Shown here: positions 32,901 through 41,787 of the stretch, piece after piece
How the letters are laid out: every line of letters starts with the position of its first letter
Numbering within the stretch: position 1 is the first letter of the stretch
Source of the DNA: a virus
Length of the DNA: 64,000 nucleotides
Reading direction: 5' to 3' (one strand)
IMG/VR virus record: IMGVR_UViG_3300042447_000151
Span: 3,689 to 67,688 of that record
Made by a program: the position numbers and the translations under genes
The notes under the pieces: generated by a model
What the model saw: only the letters and a program-made list of their open reading frames with translations
Databases searched by the model: none
Told to the model about the DNA's origin: nothing

Positions 32901-35149
32901 AAGGATATTCTAATGGATTAATACTTCAAAATACAAGTACATTTGCAGGCGCAATTACTGCATTAACAATACAAGCAAATACAGATGGTTATCCTATTAT
33001 TGAATTTAAAGAAGGAAGTAACCAAAAATGGCAAATTTTTAATGATTTTGATAATGATTCATTAATTTTTTACAAATGGGTAGGAACTGCATCTACTGTA
33101 TTGTCATTAGCATCCACAGGAGCAGCTACGTTTACAAGTAGTACATTTAGTGTTGCAAGATTTAACTCTACGTTTGGCCAAGTTAATATTGATTTTCAAA
33201 ATAGCGGAACAACTTTTGCAAGTATAGGTTCAGGTGTATCTGTTTGTTCAACTGCTGCTGCAGATGATACAGGTATTGGTACTGCAGGTTTAAATAAAAG
33301 TATAGTGTTTGCAACAGGTACTAGTTATTTAGAACGTATGCGGATTACTAGCGCTGGCAACGTAGGAATTGGAACAGCTACACCAACAGGAACATACGGC
33401 AAACTATCTGTTGCAGGAGGAATTAGTTTATTAAATGATAATAATGGTAAATTAGAAATTGGCAGATATTCAGCAAGTATTACAAGTTCATACATTAAAA
33501 TAGGTTCATCAAGTTTTAATTTAAACATTACTAATAATACTGACACAGCTGATATATTTACTTTTACAAATGCAGGTTCATTTGGCATTAGTAATCAAAG
33601 TCCTGTAAATACAGCTTGGGGAAATGAAAATAATACAAAACAATTATCAATTGATGCGACAGGGTATGCAGTTATAAATTTACAAGGTGCAACATCTCGC
33701 AAATATTCAATGGGTGTTGGTGATGGTTATTTTTATATGTGTTATGATAATACAGCAGCACGTCACAATATAACAGTTTCTCCGGCAGGTAATGTGACAA
33801 TTAATGGAACAGTAGACGCAGGCTTTAAACTTGATGTAAATGGTACGGGTAGGTTTAGTGGAAAAGTTACAACTACTGGCCCTGCGAATGATTGGGGGTT
33901 AGTAGTCAATGGGAATACAACTCTTGGACAATCTTATGGGGCTAATATAATAGCTGGCTCTAATTCAAGCGATGTTGCATTTTTAATTTCTAATTATGTC
34001 GGAGGCGATATTTTAAGAGTTTTAGGCACAGGAGCAGCCACGTTTTCGAGTAGTGTTACATCGAGTAGTGTTACATCGGGGGTGTATGCAGGTTCTGCAT
34101 TGAATTATATAAATAATACTGACATTGCTTTAACTACAAGGAGATACACAGCTACTCAATCTCGTACAAATAATGATTTAGGAACAGTAGGACTAGATTT
34201 AACAAATACACAACCAACAAATGGCGTTTATTCTCCTGTTATTTCATTCAGTTCAATTACTAGCGGCAATGTTTATAACTGTACATATGCAGCTATTTGG
34301 GGTCAAAAAACAACAGATGAAGGAAGTTGGGCGGCAGGAGATTTAATTTTTGGTACTGCTAATCCTTATGGTGTTACGCAAAGAATGAGAATATTAGCAA
34401 ACGGTAATGTCGGAATAGGTACTCCTACTGTAGTCAATGCTATTAGCGGAACAGAAACGGTTTTAAAAATATCAAATACTAATGCAGCTTCGTTGTATTT
34501 AGAATCAACAACCGCCGGCAGAACATATGCAAACTTTGTTGGTGCAGCAGGTCATTTGTCTTGGTATGATACAACTGCAGCTGATACAAGAATGATGATT
34601 AGGTCAAATGGCAACGTCCTAATAGGCACTACAACAGATAATGGTGCAGCTTTATTACAAATAGGTAGTTCATCAAGTACTAAAATTTCATTAACAGGAG
34701 GTTCCGTTCAAAATGGTATGCGTTGGGAAAGCGTAGCCACAGCAAATGCATTTTATTTATTTAATGGAAACTTTGGTCCGGGTCCGGGTTGGGGACTTTA
34801 TAATATTTCAACAGCGGGATTACCATTTTGGATTCAAAATTCCGGTGCAGCAACATTTAGTTCATCAGTTACGGCAACATCATTCTTTGAAAGTTCTGAT
34901 GCTACAATCAAAACATTAATTGAAGACAACTATCAAACCAAAGGTATTGAATCTGTAACAGCTAAGTTATACACTAAGAATGGCAAAGAAGAACTTGGAT
35001 ACTTTGCACAAGATGTACAAGGAATACTACCTAGTGCAGTAACCAAAGGAACAGATGGATTATTGAGTCTTTCATATCGTGAGGTGCATACTGCTAAGAT
35101 TGCAAGATTGGAGAAAGAGTTGGAAGAACTAAAAGCAAAATTGAACTAA
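29981..35149 (+). CDS. Tail fibre with (Gly-Thr-Ser)n tracts and C-terminal S74-like intramolecular chaperone
   Basis: MARIQTYP..D N-terminal anchor; G-X-Y tracts; RMRI...GNVGIGT and KLDVNGTGRF repeats; SSD..IK..., GYFAQDV...LPSAV, terminal coiled coil. Confidence 0.88.
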   Translation: MARIQTYPNDIFVTGNDKWIGSDANNDFITKNFTANAVAEYFNRVGIIDTGSFNWSYRMYAPTESQPAKTFELIDHPFDTVDVIGLAGTIKVSFLTMANTEPGIFIEEVWNDKIILVNRPGFPSEYGLYKVTSVVEDGDYYFLDLDFIGGNSGTISEDEPVTFGLFTGVSGTSGTTGTSGTSGTTGTSGTSGTDGTSGSSGTTGTSGSSGTDGTSGSSGTTGTSGSSGTGGTSGTSGTNGSGGTSGTRGTSGTSGIDGIDGTDGTSGTSGTDGTGGTSGTTGTSGTSGIDGTSGSGGTSGTSGVNGTSGTGGTSGTDGTGGTSGTDGTGGTSGTSGSSGSSGIDGTSGVNGTSGIDGTSGSSGSSGESGTSGTTGTSGSSGSSGSSGLTGSSGTSGTNGTGGTSGQNGIATGRIYYLNYSQAGSVSPYKNLSETPTSLLTPSTVPVSLAGNQDNVLVAQFITEELGFTIIPSGVQRFTLEFLKQSEGHDLSTYVLIQFTESDGTPIGSPVSTNTSPLLWVDNTTPTNTYVDAVFPTTPIDPTWKVLISLYANNNDAGSRNITFYTENAEYSYVITSIGFESGTSGTAGTSGVNGTSGSSGLTGSSGTSGESGTSGTSGADGTSGVSGTSGVSGTSGVDGTSGVSGSSGTSGESGSSGSSGASGTSGVSGTSGINGTSGVNGTSGVNGTSGTSGVNGTSGSSGTTPVGQITGTLTTNTIPKATGTNTIGNSIITESSGSITVSGAAVDNYVASFINTDGGSAGIYVKADGPAFVCEPLSLVGGITLNSDGSASFSGDITANKYIKVGGTSSQFLMADGSVSTGPAGGITGSLTTNFIPRATGTTTLGNSTLQTDASGDLGLGVAPSAGGLSGYSLFEIANGGASIYAGANQSLWGTNIAWNVATPNYKTSSFATVYNQQSGQHIWYTAASGTAGGAISWSQPMTLFANGNLAVGPTTDAGYKLDVNGTVRFVGPQGYSNGLILQNTSTFAGAITALTIQANTDGYPIIEFKEGSNQKWQIFNDFDNDSLIFYKWVGTASTVLSLASTGAATFTSSTFSVARFNSTFGQVNIDFQNSGTTFASIGSGVSVCSTAAADDTGIGTAGLNKSIVFATGTSYLERMRITSAGNVGIGTATPTGTYGKLSVAGGISLLNDNNGKLEIGRYSASITSSYIKIGSSSFNLNITNNTDTADIFTFTNAGSFGISNQSPVNTAWGNENNTKQLSIDATGYAVINLQGATSRKYSMGVGDGYFYMCYDNTAARHNITVSPAGNVTINGTVDAGFKLDVNGTGRFSGKVTTTGPANDWGLVVNGNTTLGQSYGANIIAGSNSSDVAFLISNYVGGDILRVLGTGAATFSSSVTSSSVTSGVYAGSALNYINNTDIALTTRRYTATQSRTNNDLGTVGLDLTNTQPTNGVYSPVISFSSITSGNVYNCTYAAIWGQKTTDEGSWAAGDLIFGTANPYGVTQRMRILANGNVGIGTPTVVNAISGTETVLKISNTNAASLYLESTTAGRTYANFVGAAGHLSWYDTTAADTRMMIRSNGNVLIGTTTDNGAALLQIGSSSSTKISLTGGSVQNGMRWESVATANAFYLFNGNFGPGPGWGLYNISTAGLPFWIQNSGAATFSSSVTATSFFESSDATIKTLIEDNYQTKGIESVTAKLYTKNGKEELGYFAQDVQGILPSAVTKGTDGLLSLSYREVHTAKIARLEKELEELKAKLN
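30482..31205 (+). repeat. Gly-X-Y (GTS/GSS/GTD) coding repeat tract 1
   Basis: About 80 triplets with Gly at every third residue; synonymous codons vary. Confidence 0.9.
31724..32092 (+). repeat. Gly-X-Y (GTS/GVS/GVN) coding repeat tract 2
   Basis: About 40 triplets. Confidence 0.9.
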
Positions 35150-35150
35150 T

Positions 35151-35585
35151 ATGTCTTGGGCAGGTTTAGCAAATAATCAATGTGTTAGTTGGGCAAATTT
35201 ACAAAGTGCTGTAGATAATAATGTGTTTATACAGATTGGATTAATACCTCCACCGGGCATCCCTAGTAATAGGGAGATAACAAAAACAGGTGCATTATCA
35301 GCGGTTGATATCGAAGCAGCTCCATTAGCAGGCAAGAGTAATAATCAGCTAGTGGTAAAGAGTAATTTAGTTGCTACTCCTGCTACTTACTATCAGCTTA
35401 ATAACTGCTCAGGTGGTGCTGCTGCGTGGACAAAGATTGCTCCTACATTAGGAGTAGGACAAAGATATGTATTGCCTAGTGGCAGTCCTGTGTTTTATAC
35501 TTATAATGGGATTAGTCAAACTACTCTACCTGCAGGGTACAACGGATCAATACAAATAGTATCAGGACAAACAGGTTGTCCGTAA
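35151..35585 (+). CDS. Small virion protein with C-terminal YYxLxxC...GCP module
   Basis: C-terminal ~65 aa homologous to the C-terminus of 49242-53363. Confidence 0.65.
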   Translation: MSWAGLANNQCVSWANLQSAVDNNVFIQIGLIPPPGIPSNREITKTGALSAVDIEAAPLAGKSNNQLVVKSNLVATPATYYQLNNCSGGAAAWTKIAPTLGVGQRYVLPSGSPVFYTYNGISQTTLPAGYNGSIQIVSGQTGCP

Positions 35586-35615
35586 AAATTAGTAATTTTA
35601 AAAAAAAATATATAA

Positions 35616-35948
35616 ATGAAAAACATCGAAGCAGTCTCAATTTGGGACAATGGCACAGTACAGCAAGCAACTATCTTAAATGCTTATGCAGTTAATGTAA
35701 CCTTAAACACATCTGCTACTTTTTGGTACGGGTTATTTTCTACAACAGAAAATGGTAATGTAGGGGCACAACTTGCTCAAGGTAACTTAAATATGACAGG
35801 CGAGGCTTATGCTGAATGGCAGAGTGACGTTTTTGCTTGGGATTGGATTGCAGAGCAATTAAACCTAACTATTACAGGAGAGTATGTACCTCCGGTACCT
35901 CCTGAGCCGATTGTAGAAGAAGTTGCATCTGAAGAACCTATTGCTTAA
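35616..35948 (+). CDS. Tail-fibre-associated hypothetical protein
   Basis: Downstream of fibre; LAQGNL.MTGEAY..W.....AWDWIA.QLNLTI. Confidence 0.6.
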   Translation: MKNIEAVSIWDNGTVQQATILNAYAVNVTLNTSATFWYGLFSTTENGNVGAQLAQGNLNMTGEAYAEWQSDVFAWDWIAEQLNLTITGEYVPPVPPEPIVEEVASEEPIA

Positions 35949-35970
35949 ATTTGTTAAAAATAACATAAAT

Positions 35971-36240
35971 ATGAAACTAAACTTTAATTTTAATCTAACC
36001 GATTTAGACGGTAAAGAACTAGAAGGTGCTAATTCTGGAAAGTTATTAGCTAACACACTTATTCAGCAGACCAAGGGTGATGCTGTAAAGTATTGGGAAT
36101 GGGCTCTTGCTTTAAACAAAGGCGAAGTTCTTGACCTAGACACATCGGATCAAGATACTCTTAAGGCTTTTGTAAAAGACAGTGAGACTATTACTGTTTT
36201 AGCTAAGGCCCAATTGCTTGGCGTTTTTGCTAAGAAGTAA
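35971..36240 (+). CDS. Hypothetical protein
   Basis: Likely start MKLNFNF at 35971; TAAATTTG promoter at 35946-35953. Confidence 0.65.
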   Translation: MKLNFNFNLTDLDGKELEGANSGKLLANTLIQQTKGDAVKYWEWALALNKGEVLDLDTSDQDTLKAFVKDSETITVLAKAQLLGVFAKK

Positions 36241-38238
36241 TATTACATCATCAGCAGATATACTCCTCTGACACTCAAAATGTCGAGGAGTATTCTTAAA
36301 GATGGGACACCAGTCCCAATCACCTGCATCGAATTTAAAGTTAGGGTTGTTCCAACAACTGTTGCACACTGACTTATTAGTCACACGTATACACTCAAAC
36401 TCGTGGTCATCTGCAGCGAAGTTATTTATCATAACTACTTGTTTGCCTAGAGCATTTGCTAACCAAGATACGCCTGAACCCAAGCCTAGGTAAAATTGAC
36501 TATGGTGAATAATAGCCATTGTCTTTTGGATGTCATAATTAATAATTTGCTCACAGTTGTCAAACGGGTTAGGCTCAAGTGATACATTAATTACTTTGTA
36601 GCCTTTCTCGTGCAAAAAGTTTATCACTCCTTGCCATCCTTCTTTTGTCCAGAACTTACAGCCTGATGTAGAGTTGGTAGCTATCGTAACATATTTACCA
36701 TAGTTATTATTACCTGGCTCATACTTTAACTTAGGCTTAATCTCTTTGAAATCAAGGCCAAGTATTTTGGTAGCTGCCTCTTGTAATTTAATTGTGTTAG
36801 GTAGCTCAGGTTCTTTGTTTGAATCATAGAACCAACCAATGTTATATTGAGCGTAGATGTTAGGAACCACAGTACCAGGTTCTACTAACTCTATCTTAGG
36901 CATGTCCAGTATTTTATTTAAAAAGGTGGACATAATTACTTTGCACTTATGTTTCTTTTGAAACTCTAAAGCATATGGAGCCCAAGCAATTGTGTCGCCT
37001 AATGATTTACTAGATAAAGCGATGTACACTCGTTTACCTTCTAGGTCGAGTACGTTATGGTGTATGAGCTCATCGTTCATGAACACCTTGCTCTCCCATT
37101 TAGTATAGTATTGTCTGTTTAGTTTGACCCAACTATTTGATCCGATAGTATTCTCGTAGACCAGCTTCTCGCCATCAAAGTATTGCACCTTAAAGTCTGC
37201 TTTCAGTCCCGACTTAATTTCTAGGTATGGTTGACCAACAAAGTGTTGGATGATTTTAACATCTTGTTCTTGTTTGTCTAGTCTCATTACTTTGTTGTAG
37301 AATGCGATTTGCTTCTCCCAAAATATTTGCGAAGTATTATCTGTAGGTACAATGTAATTACATCGCACAGAGTTTAAGTCTGTGCCGATAGGTTGAATGT
37401 ATTCGCTAAACATTGAACCATACTGTGGTAGGTTATGTGCGATGATTGGTTTACTAAAAGATATGGCTTCACGCAATACTAATGGATTGCACTCCCACGT
37501 AGAATTGAACATAAAGATATCTGCCATCTTAATGAACCTGTGTGCATCATTTCTCTCCAACCACACGTGAACATTAGATGGCAAATCCTTCATTAATGGC
37601 TCCCAGTAATGCTTAAAATTAATAGCTTGGTTTCCGATAAAATGAAAGTCCATATCAGGATACTTTCTAGCTATCTCAATCCCCTCAGCTTGATTCTTAC
37701 CAGGAGTCCAAAGACCTACGTTGACTACGTTTATTTTGTTTGTATAAAAAGGGTTATCATACGTCTCACTTGTTCTGTCATCAATTGGGAACTCAATCAC
37801 TTCTTTGTAAGATGGCGATGAAGCGAATGTCTTTAAGTGATATGGCGTGCAGAAGTAATACGCATCAGGATGAAATATCTTTTCCTTGTCGTGGTTAAAC
37901 GACACGTCGTGACACGTCTCCACGATTCGGTAGCTCCGGTCCTCACGATACAACTCAGAAATCATATCACGATTAAATCGCTCAGACGGCTCGTGAATGT
38001 GAACAATATCAGGATTGAATTTTGCGATGATGTTAAATAACTCCATCTTGTCCTCGTGCAGAGTGTGAAACGGAACTAACTCCTTGATTGCATTTCTTTG
38101 CACGACATAGTCTAAGCTATGGCATTGATACTCTACTACCTCAATCTCGAATGTCTTGTAAAGAGTTTGAACACTCTTTAAAACAAAACCGGGCATTCCT
38201 CCAGTTGAGCAATGTGGAATTAAGTATAGTAGCTTCAT
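36199..38238 (-). CDS. Two-domain glycosyltransferase: GT4-like plus Aah/TibC (autotransporter O-heptosyltransferase)-like
   Basis: N-half PHCSTGGMP, KNQAEG, FNSTWECNPLVLREA; C-half SLGDTIAW.PY...FQKKH.C, KYVTIATNST..CKFW, GLGSGVSWLA.ALGK.VVMI, CNSCWN...WDWCP...FEC. Confidence 0.85.
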   Translation of the reverse strand: MKLLYLIPHCSTGGMPGFVLKSVQTLYKTFEIEVVEYQCHSLDYVVQRNAIKELVPFHTLHEDKMELFNIIAKFNPDIVHIHEPSERFNRDMISELYREDRSYRIVETCHDVSFNHDKEKIFHPDAYYFCTPYHLKTFASSPSYKEVIEFPIDDRTSETYDNPFYTNKINVVNVGLWTPGKNQAEGIEIARKYPDMDFHFIGNQAINFKHYWEPLMKDLPSNVHVWLERNDAHRFIKMADIFMFNSTWECNPLVLREAISFSKPIIAHNLPQYGSMFSEYIQPIGTDLNSVRCNYIVPTDNTSQIFWEKQIAFYNKVMRLDKQEQDVKIIQHFVGQPYLEIKSGLKADFKVQYFDGEKLVYENTIGSNSWVKLNRQYYTKWESKVFMNDELIHHNVLDLEGKRVYIALSSKSLGDTIAWAPYALEFQKKHKCKVIMSTFLNKILDMPKIELVEPGTVVPNIYAQYNIGWFYDSNKEPELPNTIKLQEAATKILGLDFKEIKPKLKYEPGNNNYGKYVTIATNSTSGCKFWTKEGWQGVINFLHEKGYKVINVSLEPNPFDNCEQIINYDIQKTMAIIHHSQFYLGLGSGVSWLANALGKQVVMINNFAADDHEFECIRVTNKSVCNSCWNNPNFKFDAGDWDWCPIFKNTPRHFECQRSISADDVILLLSKNAKQLGLS

Positions 38239-38287
38239 ATGCTAAAATTAAAATATAATTAGTACTTTTACAAAAAAATATAATACA

Positions 38288-38542
38288 ATGGATAAATTAA
38301 CACAAGATGAGTTGGACCGTTTCAGAGCGGCTCACACAGAAATCAGAAATCTTCGCAATGCTTTAGCAGACGCTGAGATTCAAATCCACAACACCAAGTT
38401 AGAAAAGCAATCTGTTTTAGCTCAATTAGATGTAGCTGGTGCAACGCACGTTGGCATTCAGCAAGAGCTACACGCTAAGTATGGCGATATCACGATTGAC
38501 TTTGCTACTGGAGAAATTAAGAACAAAGATGGTAATTCGTAA
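38288..38542 (+). CDS. Coiled-coil hypothetical protein
   Basis: L..KYGDITID..TGEI C-terminal motif. Confidence 0.7.
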   Translation: MDKLTQDELDRFRAAHTEIRNLRNALADAEIQIHNTKLEKQSVLAQLDVAGATHVGIQQELHAKYGDITIDFATGEIKNKDGNS

Positions 38543-38747
38543 GATATCAGTTGGTGCAGATTATAAGAATGCAATGAATTACATGCATAATCAATCTGTG
38601 CTACAAGGGAACTATAAGATACATTTGATTCGTCAGACCGATGCAGGAGATATTGAAATCTACATCGAGGCTAATGATGAGGTGGTCTTATGGAAAAAGA
38701 TTAATGGCAACATGCCATTCTTAATTGAATATAATATAGATTTCTAA
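38529..38747 (+). CDS. Conserved hypothetical protein
   Basis: Likely start MVIRKISVGADYKNAM at 38529; WKK.N.NMP..IEYNIDF. Confidence 0.7.
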   Translation: MVIRKISVGADYKNAMNYMHNQSVLQGNYKIHLIRQTDAGDIEIYIEANDEVVLWKKINGNMPFLIEYNIDF

Positions 38748-38748
38748 T

Positions 38749-39312
38749 ATGAAGTCCCCATTTTACTTTATAGTGCAACCCCGTGATGGCAAGAGATATG
38801 ACAACACGAGGGGAGAGCTCATTATTTCTACATCGAAAGAAGACCACCTTGCCACTATGCGTGAGGCTGTTGTTATCTCTACGCCTATTGGGTATGAGGG
38901 TCCTGTTGAACCAGGTGATACGATCATTGTGCATCACAACACTTTTAGGTTGTATTACGATATGCGTGGTAGAGAGAAGTCTGCTTGGAATTACTTCCGA
39001 GAGGATTTATACTTTATTGACGATCCGTACGCATACAAAAAGCCTGGTGCTGATTGGATAGGTATTGGCCGCTACGTGTTTATTTCTCCTGTGGAGAATG
39101 ACTATACAGGCATACTTACTGCGGACACAGAGAAGCCTCTTGTAGGCACGATAAAGTACCCGAATGAAGAAGTACTAGCATTAGGATTAAAAGAGGGTGA
39201 CACAGTCACGTTTGAGCCTGAGAGCGAGTATCCATTCTATATTGACGGACAGAAAGTGTACCGTATGTATACTAAGAATCTAACAATTAAATTAGATGAA
39301 CAAAATAACTGA
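38749..39312 (+). CDS. Tandem GroES-like domain protein
   Basis: A.VISTP.....VEPGDTIIVHHN and G.IKY.....LGLKEGDTVTF..ESEY.F.IDG.K.YRM. Confidence 0.6.
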   Translation: MKSPFYFIVQPRDGKRYDNTRGELIISTSKEDHLATMREAVVISTPIGYEGPVEPGDTIIVHHNTFRLYYDMRGREKSAWNYFREDLYFIDDPYAYKKPGADWIGIGRYVFISPVENDYTGILTADTEKPLVGTIKYPNEEVLALGLKEGDTVTFEPESEYPFYIDGQKVYRMYTKNLTIKLDEQNN

Positions 39313-39577
39313 GTTAAAGAAACGCATCATTGACTCTGGGTATAAAGCCGTTGAGGAGTTAATTAAGGTTGCTGAGGAAAAGATTGTCACCCATATGGAT
39401 GATGACTTATCTGCAGACAAACTTAAGAACGCAGCGGCAGCAAAGAAATTAGCTATCATGGATGCTTTTGAGATTCTTAAAAGAGTCGAAGAGGAGAATA
39501 ATATTATTGAGGGAGTAGTTGGAAACTCTGCACCTACTAACCGTGGGTTTGCAGAACAAAGAGCAAAGACTAAATGA
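39296..39577 (+). CDS. Putative terminase small subunit
   Basis: Small helical ORF overlapping the terL start; ADKLKNAAAAKKLAI.DAFEIL, GFAEQR. Confidence 0.55.
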   Translation: MNKITELKKRIIDSGYKAVEELIKVAEEKIVTHMDDDLSADKLKNAAAAKKLAIMDAFEILKRVEEENNIIEGVVGNSAPTNRGFAEQRAKTK

Positions 39578-41787
39578 GTTTATTCTATATTGATGAGTCT
39601 ACCGTTCCTGAGAAAATTCTTGCAAAAAGAAATGCAAAGAAAGATTGGGAGTATGGTTGGGACCCTGAGTACGACTTTGTGGTCGTGTCCAAAGATGGCA
39701 CGATTGGAGAGGTCTATAATATCAGTGGGCTAAGAGTTGCCCTGCCATTAGCTCCCGACAATGTTGACTACGATGGCAACAAGTGGAAAGCTACAGAGCT
39801 ACCTAAAGAACTATCTCGCATCAAGACCATCTTTGATTGGAACCGTCGTGACAATTCATTTAAGTCTCAATGGGTAGACTACATCGAGAAAGAGTTTGAT
39901 AGACGTGAGTTGGGCTATTGGTTTATCAATAATAGTGAAAAGACTTACATCACAGGTGCACATTATATGTACTTACAGTGGTCAAAGACCGACGTAGGCC
40001 ACCCTGACTTCCGTGAATCAAACAGGATATTTTTTATATTTTGGGAAGCGTGTAAGGCTGATAGTAGATGCTTTGGCATGTGCTACCTTAAGAACCGTCG
40101 TTCAGGTTTCTCATTTATGGCTTCATCAGAAGCTGTCAACATTGCAACTTTAGCTAAGGATGCTCGTATAGGCTTGACATCTAAGACAGGTCCCGATGCA
40201 AAGAAGATGTTTACCGATAAGGTAGTTCCGATTGCAAATAACTATCCATTCTTTTTTCAACCTGTGCGTGACGGTATGTCTGCTCCAAAGACAGAACTTG
40301 CATTCCGTGTTCCAGCTTCTAAGATTACTCGCAAGAATATGCACGAGGAGAACGAGGAAGAGATTGACGGATTGGATACAACTATTGACTGGCGTAACAC
40401 AGCGGACAACAGTTATGATGGAGAAAAATTGTTATATTTGGTTGAGGATGAGGCTGCTAAGTTAGAGCGTCCTATGAACATAGAGAACGGTTGGCGAGTA
40501 AGAAAAACTTGTCTTCGTTTAGGGGCCAGGATTATTGGCAAGTGTATGATGGGTTCAACATCAAACGCACTCGACAAAGGTGGAGAAAACTATAAACGGA
40601 TTTACTATGACTCAAACGTCAAGAAAAGAAACCAGAATGGTCAGACTATATCAGGTCTATATTCGCTCTTTATCCCGATGGAGTATAACTTTGAGGGATA
40701 TATTGACGAGTATGGTCACGCAGTCTTAGAACGACCTGAGAAGCCTGTACGTTCAGCAGAGGGGACTTGGATAACGCAAGGGGTAATTGAGTATTGGAAT
40801 AATGAAGTTGCATCGCTAAAGGCTAATCCTGATGCACTAAATGAATTCTATCGTCAGTTCCCTAGAACAGAGTCACACGCTTTCCGTGATGAGACCAAGT
40901 CATCTTTGTTTAACTTGACTAAAATCTATCAGCAGATAGACTATAATGATAGCTTAGTTCAAGACCACGTCATAACACGTGGCTACTTTCACTGGGCTAA
41001 CGGAGAGAAAGACACCAAGGTTATTTGGACTCCTGATAAGAACGGTAGGTTCTTAGTGTCTTGGATACCAGGACCGGGAGTGAACAATAATTATATTACT
41101 AAAAATGGGAATAGATATCCGGGCAATGAGCATATTGGTGCGTTTGGTTGTGACCCCTACGACATCTCAGGTGCGACCTTTGGTGGATCAAACGGTTCGC
41201 TCCACGGATTGACCAAGTTTAATATGACAGGAGCCCCATCCAATACTTTCTTTTTAGAATACATTGCTCGTCCACAGACAGCAGAAATATTCTTTGAAGA
41301 GGTGCTGATGGCTTGTGTGTTCTATGGCATGCCTATACTTTGCGAGAATAACAAGGCACGTCTTCTTTATCACTTTAAGAACAGAGGCTACCGTGGGTTC
41401 TCAATGAACAGGCCCGATAAGCCAGCTCACAAACTATCATTCACAGAAAGAGAGATTGGTGGCATACCATCATCAAGTGAAGACATTAAGCAGGCACACG
41501 CTACAGCAATCGAGACCTACATCGAGCGTTTTGTGGGATTAGACATGGAGGGTAACTATCGTCAGCCTGATGAGATAGGAGATATGCCGTTTAATAAAAC
41601 ACTTCAAGATTGGGCTAGATTCGACGTAAATGACAGAACAAAGTTTGATGCGTCAATTAGTTCAGGGTATGCTATTATGGCAAATCAAAAGCACGTATAT
41701 TTGCCTGAGAAAAAAGAGTCAAAAATAAGCATTAAATTTGCAACTTACGATAACACTGGTTCCTTCAGTAGAATTAACAAGATATGA
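39574..41787 (+). CDS. terL: Terminase large subunit (crAss-like)
   Basis: YLKNRRSGFS Walker A, LVEDEAAK Walker B, GSTSN, FGCDPYD nuclease, LCENNK, KFDASISSG. Confidence 0.92.
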   Translation: MSLFYIDESTVPEKILAKRNAKKDWEYGWDPEYDFVVVSKDGTIGEVYNISGLRVALPLAPDNVDYDGNKWKATELPKELSRIKTIFDWNRRDNSFKSQWVDYIEKEFDRRELGYWFINNSEKTYITGAHYMYLQWSKTDVGHPDFRESNRIFFIFWEACKADSRCFGMCYLKNRRSGFSFMASSEAVNIATLAKDARIGLTSKTGPDAKKMFTDKVVPIANNYPFFFQPVRDGMSAPKTELAFRVPASKITRKNMHEENEEEIDGLDTTIDWRNTADNSYDGEKLLYLVEDEAAKLERPMNIENGWRVRKTCLRLGARIIGKCMMGSTSNALDKGGENYKRIYYDSNVKKRNQNGQTISGLYSLFIPMEYNFEGYIDEYGHAVLERPEKPVRSAEGTWITQGVIEYWNNEVASLKANPDALNEFYRQFPRTESHAFRDETKSSLFNLTKIYQQIDYNDSLVQDHVITRGYFHWANGEKDTKVIWTPDKNGRFLVSWIPGPGVNNNYITKNGNRYPGNEHIGAFGCDPYDISGATFGGSNGSLHGLTKFNMTGAPSNTFFLEYIARPQTAEIFFEEVLMACVFYGMPILCENNKARLLYHFKNRGYRGFSMNRPDKPAHKLSFTEREIGGIPSSSEDIKQAHATAIETYIERFVGLDMEGNYRQPDEIGDMPFNKTLQDWARFDVNDRTKFDASISSGYAIMANQKHVYLPEKKESKISIKFATYDNTGSFSRINKI

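Noticed and set aside
29981-35585. Diversity-generating retroelement acting on the tail fibre or on the shared Cys module
   Set aside because: No reverse transcriptase in the window, and the duplicated modules differ at all base types rather than only at adenines
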